NCBI GenBank assembly: GCA_035639375.1
Contig: DASQYF010000008.1
Span: 1-43,357 of the forward strand
From: Nitrososphaeraceae archaeon
GTDB lineage: Archaea; Thermoproteota; Nitrososphaeria; Nitrososphaerales; Nitrososphaeraceae
DNA: 43,357 nt
Direction of reading: 5' to 3'
Shown here one piece after another: positions 9,382 through 18,757 of this stretch. How positions within the stretch are numbered: position 1 is the stretch's first letter; each line of letters starts with the position of its first letter. Below the pieces are notes generated by a model. The model had not been told where the DNA came from, did not search any database, and saw nothing but the letters and a program-made list of their open reading frames with translations. Made by a program: the position numbers and the translations under genes.

Positions 9382-10350
9382 CTATAAGTTTCTCAAAATA
9401 ATCTCTAATTCTTGCGCTACTTGTCCTATTTGCAGACTTTCACTACTATTCTTTATTAAACCTGCTGCTGCATGATTATGACCCCCACCATTTAGTTTCT
9501 GACCGATAACATCACATTTTATATCAGATCCTGGCCTTCTTCTGATACTTACTTTTCCATCTGGAGCAAATAAAATCACAAGATTCACCTCTGGTTTCTC
9601 TACAAAAATTTTTTCCGACAATATGCTTTTAGAGATTATTCTTGGCGACTCCGTGATAGCTACTTTGTAATTACAAATATTGTAAATCGTAAGTGATTTC
9701 ATTGCAGCGAACAAGGCAGATTCCCTTAACGGAAGGTATTGGTCAAAGTCTTCTTGCAAGTCGTCATCCCAAAATATACCCTTAGATGCTTTATTTACTA
9801 TAGACTGCAACTTTGGATATGGGTTAGGCATACTACGGTAATAGGTAATAAGCTCAGGGAGTGGCGGCAACTTGTGCACTTCTTGTAACCGAAAATCAAC
9901 AATATGTGCGAATTTAGCTATCTTTTCACATGTTCTTCTATTGTTTGCGAATTTTTCATAAACTAATTCGGCAGTACATTTCACTTTATCATTTGGTAAG
10001 ATCAATGATGCAAACGAATTTACTCTTCTTTTTATTTTCTCAGACCAAACATGGTGATCTAGCCATACGAAATCCCATCCATAATTTCTTGCATTATTAG
10101 CGGCATCTTCTATAGGTTCAATATCTTGTACGTCGTCTGCACCTAAATCGCTGATTACAATTATTCCATTCTTCCTTGATCTAGCCACATTGAACTTGAT
10201 TGCCGCGGCGGCTCTTTCTACGTTTTTGTGTCCATAATTTGTAAGAAATACTAAAGTATCTGGAAAGGCATTCTTTAGGATCGCACTAGAAAACAATCCG
10301 TCTACATCTTGTTCATGTGTCAAAGATAAAATTCGTTTAGTGTTAGCCAA
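9382..10350 (-). CDS. DHH/DHHA1-family phosphoesterase (NrnA/RecJ-like fold)
   Basis: Motifs in order: THEQDVDG (DxD), VISDLGADD, WLDHHVW (DHH), and GGGHNHAAAG (DHHA1 GGGH). TTG start. Confidence 0.85.
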   Translation of the reverse strand: MANTKRILSLTHEQDVDGLFSSAILKNAFPDTLVFLTNYGHKNVERAAAAIKFNVARSRKNGIIVISDLGADDVQDIEPIEDAANNARNYGWDFVWLDHHVWSEKIKRRVNSFASLILPNDKVKCTAELVYEKFANNRRTCEKIAKFAHIVDFRLQEVHKLPPLPELITYYRSMPNPYPKLQSIVNKASKGIFWDDDLQEDFDQYLPLRESALFAAMKSLTIYNICNYKVAITESPRIISKSILSEKIFVEKPEVNLVILFAPDGKVSIRRRPGSDIKCDVIGQKLNGGGHNHAAAGLIKNSSESLQIGQVAQELEIILRNL

Positions 10351-10720
10351 ACGTACTCACTTTTTATTTCTATTTATATTACAAATGATAACCACATATT
10401 AATGCATAAAAATATTTAACTATTAAAGTGATAAATTATGCTTTTTACAGGCATTCTGAACACATAATTCTTGCTCATTATACTTTTCTATTATCACTAT
10501 TATTTATTATGCACATGTCTTGCTTCTATTAGAATTGAACACCATGAATAGATATATTTTATATATAAAGCTAAAATAAGAAAAGATAAGCCTTACAGTT
10601 AAATGCTAAAAATGATATTCCATGAACCAGTTTTTATAATCTTAGGGACTTCATTATCTATAAAATTTACCTTTTCTGTCGTTTAGTTATAGTTAAATAT
10701 GGCACCTTGTCTTGCTTACC

Positions 10721-11050
10721 ATGTCTATGAAATTACTGTCATTTTCAACAATAGCAATGATTATTGGTGTAACTCTACTTGCTGTAGGACATTTGACAAA
10801 TAATGCTTATGCCCAAGACGGAGCAACAGCATCTGCTAGTGGGTCTTTTAAATTTATAGGTGCAGGAGTTGCCTTTGGACTAGCAGCCCTAGGCGCTGGT
10901 ATTGCCATTGGAGGTGTTGGTGCAGCAGGACTTGCAGCTATTACCGAAAGACCAGAACTTAGATCACAGGCACTGGTCTTTACAGCTCTTGGGGAAGCAA
11001 TCGCAATTTATGGTATCGTCGTAGCAATCATAATCCTAGGACAATCATGA
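10721..11050 (+). CDS. atpK: A/V-type ATP synthase proteolipid (subunit c/K) with N-terminal hydrophobic leader
   Basis: Gly/Ala-rich hairpin GAGVAFGLAALGAGIAIGGVGAAGLAAITERPE...LGEAIAIYGIVVAIIILG with the conserved carboxylate Glu. ATG at 10721 is preferred over the track's TTG at 10712. Confidence 0.85.
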   Translation: MSMKLLSFSTIAMIIGVTLLAVGHLTNNAYAQDGATASASGSFKFIGAGVAFGLAALGAGIAIGGVGAAGLAAITERPELRSQALVFTALGEAIAIYGIVVAIIILGQS

Positions 11051-11137
11051 GAATACAATATTTTTTCTCATGAGCAAGTCGATCTTGTCCCCACCTGATG
11101 ACATACGAGATTGTTGCGCAGTATGATTACATAATAA

Positions 11138-11599
11138 TCAAGATACTAATTCGTTTATTGTAAGAGTTCTAAAACAATATCTACATCTTAGTATGACTTT
11201 TTCTTTATCTATAATATTTATAACAGGCTTGATATATTCATCACTGTTGGTAACACATTTAAGATTAGTGCATTTGAAAACTCCAGTTATAGAATCAGGA
11301 AGTTGAATCTTACGTTTTTCAATTAATTTGTAATCTTTGATAATATTAATAGTTGCATGAGGAGCAATTAAGGCAAGTTTGTTAGTTTCGTTTTCTTCTA
11401 AAAATCTATTTTCTACTTTGATAATGTCCTTCTTATTATGTTTGCTACTTGGAACGTTTAAGGCAACAGTTATCACGTTGCCCTCTTCGCCAGTAATATC
11501 TAGAGTACGCAATACGAGCAATGCCTTGCCAGATTCAATATGATCTATTACTGTTCCATCCTTGATTCTACGAACAAGAAGCTGCCTTGTGTCAGACAT
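11138..11599 (-). CDS. pyrI: Aspartate carbamoyltransferase regulatory subunit
   Basis: LVRRIKDGTVIDHI N-terminal motif and C-terminal Zn site CTNLKC...CRYC. Length 153 aa. Confidence 0.92.
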   Translation of the reverse strand: MSDTRQLLVRRIKDGTVIDHIESGKALLVLRTLDITGEEGNVITVALNVPSSKHNKKDIIKVENRFLEENETNKLALIAPHATINIIKDYKLIEKRKIQLPDSITGVFKCTNLKCVTNSDEYIKPVINIIDKEKVILRCRYCFRTLTINELVS

Positions 11600-12185
11600 T
11601 ATAACCTTAATACAATATGAAATTCAGGCAATTATAAGTTACTGGACATACAAGAATTTATTGTTAATGTCTCTATCTTTCTATAAAATAATTATTATTG
11701 TCACTCAGTTTATCAGGCAGAGTGAAGTATTGCACTTAGCTCAAATCTATTAAGAGAAATTATCTACGATATTTATTTATCCTTATTTTTGTAACTTCTG
11801 TTATTTTTCATTGATTTCTCGTATAATTGTAACCTAAGTAATGTCTTTAGATCTTTTGTCTGAAATGTTTTTACTCCACACAGCCAGAAGGAGAGATCTC
11901 TTCAATATCTACACTTTAAAACAGGCCTATGAGAAATTATACCACCTTTACGTTGCTTTTGGCTTAACTCCTAAATCTTATTCGGCGTGGTTGTTTACTC
12001 TATTAAACTATGACCAGCTAAGAAACAGCTTTATTGTAAAATTAGATTAAAATTACTGATATTTCAAGATTCTAGATTCATAAATAATTTTGTTTTTTCT
12101 TCGTTTTAGAGTTAAAATAATAAAAATAAATAAAGACGTTATACAAACTACTACAATAAGATGACTCAATCATTTGAAAGCGTAA

Positions 12186-13202
12186 TTAATCAGGATTATT
12201 GCTGTCACCAAAGATTAGCTTCATTTCCTCAAATGTTAGCTTTTCGCCACTTGACATCTTTTTTAATGCGGCTTCCTTTAATGTATTCCATCTCTCCTGA
12301 TTCTCTTTACTTCTTTTAGCTCTTTCTTGAGCCACTTCGTATCTGGATTCTCGTCTATCTCCGCTTTCCTTCTGTTTTCTTTGTCGGTATTCAGCAGCCT
12401 GAATACGTGATTTTCTAAATTCAATTGCATTGAGTTGTGTTTCAACCATTTCTAATTTTGCTGCCGATTCTCTAACATCACGAATTGTTTTTCTTCTCTC
12501 TTCATATAAATTTTCACGTAAATTTAAAAGAAAATCTAAGCTTTTCTTCAGTTCGCCAATCTTGTTACCAAATTCTGATTTCAGGTCAAAGATATTGTTC
12601 ATTTTTGTTTTTATTGCGTCATACTGAGACGAAATGTTTCTATAATGATCTTCTTTCTTGTGGATAATCTTCAACGCATATAATTTGGTAGCAATCTCCT
12701 TTGACCTTGCAACTAATTTTCTCTCTTCGTCTTTTGATAATTTCTTTGTTTGAATGTCGCGCTCAATCTGTTCAAAAGCTTTGGTCAAATTAGCCAGATC
12801 ATAACGTTCCTTACGGAATTTTGAGGATCCAGCTGAACCTGCTTTATCATCGAGAGATTTCACTTGATTTTTTGCTTGTATAAGATTACTTTTTAGTTCC
12901 GTAAATTTAGAGTATTCTGTGTCCTTTTGATCGTTAATTTCTTTTAATTTGATACGAAAATCCTCTAGTCGTATCCTTTCCTCATCAATCTGCTTCTTGG
13001 TACCTTCAATCTTATTGTTGAGATCCTGAATTTTTATTTCGCCTGTTTTCTGCTCTTCTACCAGAGTTTTTTTGAATTCTAGTAGAGTATTAAGGTTTGA
13101 ATCTGCTGAATTCTGACTGCTCTTTATAGTATTATTTCTAGCGGCAGTAGTAGTAGTAGTAGCTGCACTGCTATTTCCATTACTGTATTTGTCTCTTGTC
13201 AC
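12186..13202 (-). CDS. Archaeal coiled-coil protein (COG1340-like), function unknown
   Basis: 338 aa. Almost entirely heptad-like, K/E/R/L-rich helices after a Ser/Thr/Asn-rich N-terminus. GTG start. The family call is from overall look only. Confidence 0.7.
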   Translation of the reverse strand: MTRDKYSNGNSSAATTTTTAARNNTIKSSQNSADSNLNTLLEFKKTLVEEQKTGEIKIQDLNNKIEGTKKQIDEERIRLEDFRIKLKEINDQKDTEYSKFTELKSNLIQAKNQVKSLDDKAGSAGSSKFRKERYDLANLTKAFEQIERDIQTKKLSKDEERKLVARSKEIATKLYALKIIHKKEDHYRNISSQYDAIKTKMNNIFDLKSEFGNKIGELKKSLDFLLNLRENLYEERRKTIRDVRESAAKLEMVETQLNAIEFRKSRIQAAEYRQRKQKESGDRRESRYEVAQERAKRSKENQERWNTLKEAALKKMSSGEKLTFEEMKLIFGDSNNPD

Positions 13203-13355
13203 GTTACTTGTCGTTTTCTTATAACTTCAAAAATATATTTTTTCTCATTTCTGAACAATAAATTTTTGTTATGATGGAGAGTGATGACTTTTTATAATTG
13301 CTAAATCTCCCACACCTTTATATGACATGACGTTATAAGAGATTATTGATCGCTT

Positions 13356-13745
13356 ATGGACGATTTTGAGAGAGACTTCCCAAATTTAGATTGGAAGAAC
13401 ATTCCAGCCTATAAGCATCCCGGAGGTAAGAATTGTCCGTGCCCTAAGCATGAATACATACGTGAGCAGGTTAATATAGCCAAAGCTGTAAGTAATAATA
13501 GAGAAATCGTCCCTGAACAGAGACAAAGAGCACAGGTAATACTCAAATTCTGTCCCGATCATTATAATGTATATTTTGGCGAAGTAATCCCATCAATGCC
13601 TTTTAAATTTAGGTTGATGACTAAAATCGCACTTAAAATAGGGGCAGTAGTGGTTCAACGAATACCTTATATGCAATCCGATCAATGCTTCTATTGCAAA
13701 TTCGGATCCGGAGGATTCGATAAAAAAACACTAATAGTTCCCTAG
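13356..13745 (+). CDS. Hypothetical Cys/His-motif protein
   Basis: 129-aa ORF with an ATG start. Carries CPCPKH, CPDH and CFYC motifs. No recognised family. Confidence 0.5.
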   Translation: MDDFERDFPNLDWKNIPAYKHPGGKNCPCPKHEYIREQVNIAKAVSNNREIVPEQRQRAQVILKFCPDHYNVYFGEVIPSMPFKFRLMTKIALKIGAVVVQRIPYMQSDQCFYCKFGSGGFDKKTLIVP

Positions 13746-14257
13746 GATACATAATGGAGAATTAGGACAAGCTATCACAAAAGCGTTTGAACGGCATTGC
13801 TAACGCTATGAGAATAATAGCGAATATTATAAGCTAATGTTTTTACGATTCAATTAAATATTGATCATTATAAGCATGTCAATGAAAAGGCGAAGCAAGA
13901 GAAATAAGATTTTATTTTCCCGCAGGTTCTTTTAAAAGAACTTAAAATTAGGTATAAAACAAAAACGTTTAATGTAAAGATGCGCTCTATTGAACTGGCT
14001 GATAGAAGTACATAACAATATTCTCATTGATTAGCCTTAAGCGTATATGGCATTTTATTGTTAACAAAATCATCAATTGAATTTATTATGTTATTAATTG
14101 TCTCTTAATGTTATTATTATCTATGCTATATATAGCGATAATCTTCTAATAGATCCACTAGCGTAAAATTTTAAAATAAACTTAAGCAAATAGATATGTT
14201 TTGGCAATACCGGTCTATTAAGAATCAAACTCTGGTTGTGTTTTTTATATTGCATAA

Positions 14258-15640
14258 CTATTTTACGATTCTGAATATTTTTCCATCATCATATGACAAT
14301 ATATACAAAAACCCATCAGGTCCTGTCTCGATATCAGTTATACGGCCAAAGCCAGTTCCAAAAATTATTGCTGATAATTCGTCATTATTATCTGCCACAA
14401 AATCAGTTAATCCAATATAATGACGACCAGTGCTGCTGCTATTACTATCAAACTTTAGGCCTGTCCTTCCTTCATTAACTTCAAAGTAATAGAGATTACC
14501 ATTATTAATATCACCAACAAAAATATTATTTGCAAATCTATCTCCGAGTTTCGATGAATTTAGGAATTCTATGTCAGTAATTCCAATCTGATCTCTCCAG
14601 CTAAATACAGGATCAGTATATATTGAGCTGGAGAAACTGACCAAATCATTAGGCGTTTGATTACTATTTCTAGCAATAGGCCCCATAACTTGTGCCCATC
14701 CACTGTTAAACCCTGGTTTAACCAAATTAACTTCATCATAGCCACTTTCTCCATTTTCCGTATCCCATAAGGTTCCTGTTATAGGATCAAAATCGATGCC
14801 AAAACTATTTCTGATACCGTATGCATAATACCTATCCAACAAGCTTTCAACATTATCCTTATCATTATAATAGCCACCATTACTACTATGATTATCATTA
14901 TTATTATTGTTATAAAACGGATTATTATTGACTGGTAAGCCATTATCTGGGTTTACTCTCAATATTACCGAGGTATCATTAGGATCCTTTCCGTTTTTAT
15001 TATTCTGTAGTACGCTGTCTGGTGCAGTAAGGTCTCCTATAACTGCATACAGGTAATTATCATAGCCTATTTTCAATTTTCCTCCTTGATGATAGGGACC
15101 TGGAGCTGCCGGCAAATCCAAAATCAAAGTACGATTAACTAGATTTGCTCCATTCCAATGATATTGATATACTCTATTTCGTAATGGCTTATCATGGTCT
15201 GATTCAGTAAAATAAAGAAACACAGTATCTTTTCCGCTATGTGTGATTCCGAGCAGTCCACGCTCTCCCTTAGTGTCAACTTGTACTTTCAACACTGGCT
15301 TCTTTTGTAGAATACCATTTGAGATAAGATGTACTGTTCCAGTATTCTTTTGCAAAACCAAAATATTGTTATTATCTATAAATTCCATGCTTGTAGGAAA
15401 AGACAACCCTTCAGTTACTAATTCTACTTTCAGAGAGTTGTATGGAATTTGTAAAGATGGACCTTGTTTCCTTTTCTGCTGTTGTGTTTGGCCTATGATG
15501 ACATTCATTATGTTAAAGTAGAATGCGAATATTATTATGATCAGTATTATAATTATTATAGTAATAGATAAAACAAAAAGAAATTTCTTCTTTTTATTTC
15601 GCCTGTTTTCATCAATGTTACTGCTTATAGAGCTAGTCAA
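14258..15640 (-). CDS. Membrane-anchored PQQ-dependent (soluble glucose/sorbosone dehydrogenase-type) beta-propeller sugar dehydrogenase
   Basis: N-terminal basic stretch plus Ile-rich TM segment. Family motifs: LSFPTSMEF, GERGLLGI, YHQGGKLKIGYDNYLYAVIGD, ILRVNPDNG, AYGIRNSFGIDFDP..G.LWDTENG, and DEVNLVKPGFNSGW. Contains an Asn-rich insert. TTG start. Confidence 0.85.
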   Translation of the reverse strand: MTSSISSNIDENRRNKKKKFLFVLSITIIIIILIIIIFAFYFNIMNVIIGQTQQQKRKQGPSLQIPYNSLKVELVTEGLSFPTSMEFIDNNNILVLQKNTGTVHLISNGILQKKPVLKVQVDTKGERGLLGITHSGKDTVFLYFTESDHDKPLRNRVYQYHWNGANLVNRTLILDLPAAPGPYHQGGKLKIGYDNYLYAVIGDLTAPDSVLQNNKNGKDPNDTSVILRVNPDNGLPVNNNPFYNNNNNDNHSSNGGYYNDKDNVESLLDRYYAYGIRNSFGIDFDPITGTLWDTENGESGYDEVNLVKPGFNSGWAQVMGPIARNSNQTPNDLVSFSSSIYTDPVFSWRDQIGITDIEFLNSSKLGDRFANNIFVGDINNGNLYYFEVNEGRTGLKFDSNSSSTGRHYIGLTDFVADNNDELSAIIFGTGFGRITDIETGPDGFLYILSYDDGKIFRIVK

Positions 15641-16589
15641 TTCTTTTATTTAAACCACAGAGGGTTTATCTACATTACGGCAGGTGAAATAAGGAAGTCT
15701 AGATACCATTAATATTATAAGATTAAACTTCCGAGAATACAGATTGTTTATATTCCATCGGGTCTATAAGTGATAGCAAAATTTAGTCATCTGTAAATCC
15801 TGAGTTTGCTATTATTATCGACCATTTTTTCTTCTGAAGAAGGTAACATTTTTGTCTTGATATTATAGAAATTCTTCATGTCATCTTTGTTCAATGATTT
15901 CTCTCATTTCTAACTGTAATACACTTGTCTAGGAAACATTAAATTTTCTACATTTCTTTTTTGCAAGAAAGACAAAAGCTGAAGTAACAAGCTGAGGAAA
16001 AGATTATAATAAAATCTTTATCTCTATTTTTATCTACTCTCATATCGTGACATGGATAAGAATATGAACCCTCTGTCTTTTGCCTCCAATTCAAGAGATG
16101 ATTGAAAGCTGATAAATATTGATCAACTCTGCTTTATACTAAAGTAATCTAAAATTCTAATTATTTTTCTATAATTAGATTTCTGCACAAAAATAGATCG
16201 CTGCTATCATCATGTCAAAGCACTCTCTCGGTTTTTCAAAAATAGTCCTTGTGTAAACAGTAAATAGTAAATCGTTACAAAAAGATGCAATACATCTTTT
16301 GTTTAATACAATGTACTTTGCTATGACTTATACTTGCCTTGTCCCATTCTTAAATTTGTGGTCAATTTATTGCATCAATACTATTGAGAATTTTAAAATT
16401 AAATATTTTGAGAGATATTATTAAATATTTCATCTTAAGAAAAAAGATCGATTAACTTTATTCTCAAGATCTAACAAATAAGAAAATCAATAGGAGGTTA
16501 GATTTGATTCCTTTTTTTCTGCTTGCTAATATGTGATATTGTTTACAACAAAATTTATTTTCACCAAACTATCTTCATTATCTAGGATT

Positions 16590-17297
16590 TCATAGTGTCT
16601 GTGAAGAGTCTCTAACCATATTTTGAACCATTGCAGTGTGATTAGAAGCAAAACCGAATGAAAGGAGATTTCTCAATATGATAGAAAGATATGGAAAACT
16701 ATGTTTTGTCTCGGATTTGTACCCATAGAAAAAAGCCCTTTCTATTGCCTGATATTGAGAGTTCTCAAGATCGATTACACTTGCAAGAAATGAACCGATA
16801 TCAATACTTCGTGAAAATATCGAAGCTTTTTTTTGTATGAATCCTAAATCAGTTCTAATAAGAGACATGTCTGATGCGACAAGGTAATTCTGCGATTTAT
16901 TGTCTGTAAAAACGTAATTTGCTTTATGTAATTTGCCAGTTAGAACTCCTGCTTGGAAGGCCAACGTTGAATTTTTACCATCTGAAAATGCTCGGTAGAG
17001 GTCTCCTTGTTGTATATATTCTTCAATGATAACGGAATCTGAAATTGAAATAAGCTCTGGCGTAGGAATGCCTAAGTTTTGTAATTTCCTTCTCATATCG
17101 TAACCCTCGTTTTCTAACATAACTTTTCCCAAATGAGGGGGGGCAGAGGGATGAGCCAGCAAAATAGAAGCAAGAGTATAAGTGAATATTAAGAGATATT
17201 CATGAAAAACTTTTGTTGATTTATTTTTTTTTATAACTACTTTCCGTCCACCAAGGTATTCTATGGATATCTTTCTTTGCCAATTGACTAGATACAA
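16590..17297 (-). CDS. Atypical small protein-kinase-fold protein (Bud32/RIO/Kdo-kinase-like)
   Basis: GRKVVIKK supplies the beta3 Lys. ...IIEEYIQQG resembles a hinge. LHKANYVFTDNKSQNYL is a catalytic-loop-like D..N. IRTDLGF is DFG-like. There is a hydrophobic insert after the Lys. TTG start. Family assignment is tentative. Confidence 0.5.
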   Translation of the reverse strand: MYLVNWQRKISIEYLGGRKVVIKKNKSTKVFHEYLLIFTYTLASILLAHPSAPPHLGKVMLENEGYDMRRKLQNLGIPTPELISISDSVIIEEYIQQGDLYRAFSDGKNSTLAFQAGVLTGKLHKANYVFTDNKSQNYLVASDMSLIRTDLGFIQKKASIFSRSIDIGSFLASVIDLENSQYQAIERAFFYGYKSETKHSFPYLSIILRNLLSFGFASNHTAMVQNMVRDSSQTL

Positions 17298-17372
17298 ATT
17301 ATTCTTGGTATATAGTATGGACTCCCTGTATAAGTTTCAATATATATTAGGATATAACATAAAGATAAAACA

Positions 17373-18050
17373 TTGCAAATACATGAGGGACATAAAAATG
17401 CTAGAAAATTTTTTAACTCTAAAACTGCGTCTAGCTACGATTCTGTCGTTCGTCTTACTACCTTCGGACAGGATTACCTGTGGAAAAATCATATATTGGG
17501 CATCCTAGATAAAAGAGAAACTATTCTCGACCTTGCTTGCGGAACGGGGATTCTTTCTTCATTATTATCAAAAAATAATAAAAAACAAGTAATAGGCTTA
17601 GATCTAGCCTTGGATTATTTGAAAATTGCAAAAACTAAAACGAGAAATTGCTTATTTATTAATGGTAATGCAGAAACATTACCTTATAGGTGTAACAGCT
17701 TTGATACGATCATATCGTCGTACTTAGCCAAATATGTGCATATCGGAGAATTGATAGAAGAATGTTGGCGTATATTAAAGCATAATGGCATTATAGTTTT
17801 TCATGACTTTATTTACCCACAAAATGTTATTTTTCGCAAGTTATGGGATGCATATTTTGTAGTTCTTCAAATATTTGGTAAATTTTCGGCCTCTTGGAGA
17901 GTCGTATTCAGAGACTTAAATAAGGTCATAAGAAATACTAAATGGGTAAAAGAAATGATGTATATTCTACACCAGGCGGGATTCAAGAGTATTTCTTGCA
18001 CTGTTTATACTATGCAAACCGCGGCAATTATTTCAGCAAAAAAACCTTGA
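17373..18050 (+). CDS. Class I SAM-dependent methyltransferase, UbiE/MenG-like
   Basis: SSYDSVVRLTTFGQDYLWK is the UbiE-type N-terminal motif. ILDLACGTGIL is SAM motif I. Also VIGLDL, NAETLPYRCNSFDTII and LKHNGIIVFHDF. TTG start. Confidence 0.88.
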   Translation: MQIHEGHKNARKFFNSKTASSYDSVVRLTTFGQDYLWKNHILGILDKRETILDLACGTGILSSLLSKNNKKQVIGLDLALDYLKIAKTKTRNCLFINGNAETLPYRCNSFDTIISSYLAKYVHIGELIEECWRILKHNGIIVFHDFIYPQNVIFRKLWDAYFVVLQIFGKFSASWRVVFRDLNKVIRNTKWVKEMMYILHQAGFKSISCTVYTMQTAAIISAKKP

Positions 18051-18757
18051 ATGAAGATACTCGTTTAAATGAGTGGTTCGTACCGAAATTTGGGCCTATA
18101 AAATTTCGCATTTTTATAGGCTTGTTATTTCTTCCATATACAGGTATGTGTATATCCTTTACCATAATTGGTTCTCTTCTTTCTCCTTCCGTATTGTGGG
18201 ATAGAGTTATTGCTATCTGTGTTATTTATGCTCTAGCACTAGGAGTGTCAGCACATGCCGCTGATATCTTAGGTTCAAAAATTAAGCCGTGGGGGAATTA
18301 CCTTAACAAACGACAATTATGGATATTGATAATTTCCGGTCTAATAGTTGCATACACTATTGGAGTCTATTATATAATTTTTTATGTATCACTACTTGGC
18401 ATAGTTGCCATATTAGAAGGATTTTTTGTTTTTGCATATAATCTGGAACTATTCAAAGGATTGTTTCATAACAATTTCTGGTTTGCAATTTCTTGGGGTG
18501 TCCTCCCATTGCTGGCGGGATTTATTATGCAAACTAATTCCATCGGGTTCTTATCGATAATTGTATCGTTAATAACAGGTCTGGAAAGCTATATTGAAAT
18601 TAAAACATCTAGACAATATAAAGAACTGATAAGAAATGGACGTGACAAATTTCGAATCAAAAAACTTGAGACCAGGCTTAAGTTAGTGAGTTTAGGAACT
18701 ATAGTTTTTACCATTATCTTGGTTGTTTTTAGATTAGTCGCAGGATCATTTTTTTAG
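18047..18757 (+). CDS. Polytopic membrane protein, unknown function
   Basis: About 7 hydrophobic segments. I place the start at the in-frame TTG at 18047, which overlaps the methyltransferase stop (TTGA). The track start at 17942 lies inside the upstream gene. It has a YNLELFKG...WG..PLLAG pattern faintly like UbiA-family helices, but no Asp-rich motifs. Confidence 0.7.
   Translation: MNEDTRLNEWFVPKFGPIKFRIFIGLLFLPYTGMCISFTIIGSLLSPSVLWDRVIAICVIYALALGVSAHAADILGSKIKPWGNYLNKRQLWILIISGLIVAYTIGVYYIIFYVSLLGIVAILEGFFVFAYNLELFKGLFHNNFWFAISWGVLPLLAGFIMQTNSIGFLSIIVSLITGLESYIEIKTSRQYKELIRNGRDKFRIKKLETRLKLVSLGTIVFTIILVVFRLVAGSFF

Noticed and set aside
11841-12050. 69-aa plus-strand ORF (MSLDLLSEMFLLHTARRRDLF...) upstream of pyrI. 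Also 11562-11753(+).
   Set aside because: There are no recognisable motifs. 11562-11753 overlaps the pyrI start and is low-complexity. 11841-12050 might be real, but I cannot support it from sequence alone.
17942-18046. 5' extension of the membrane-protein ORF as given in the track (start 17942).
   Set aside because: It lies within the 3' end of the methyltransferase gene in another frame. An in-frame TTG at 18047 overlapping the methyltransferase stop gives a sensible N-terminus just before the first TM segment.
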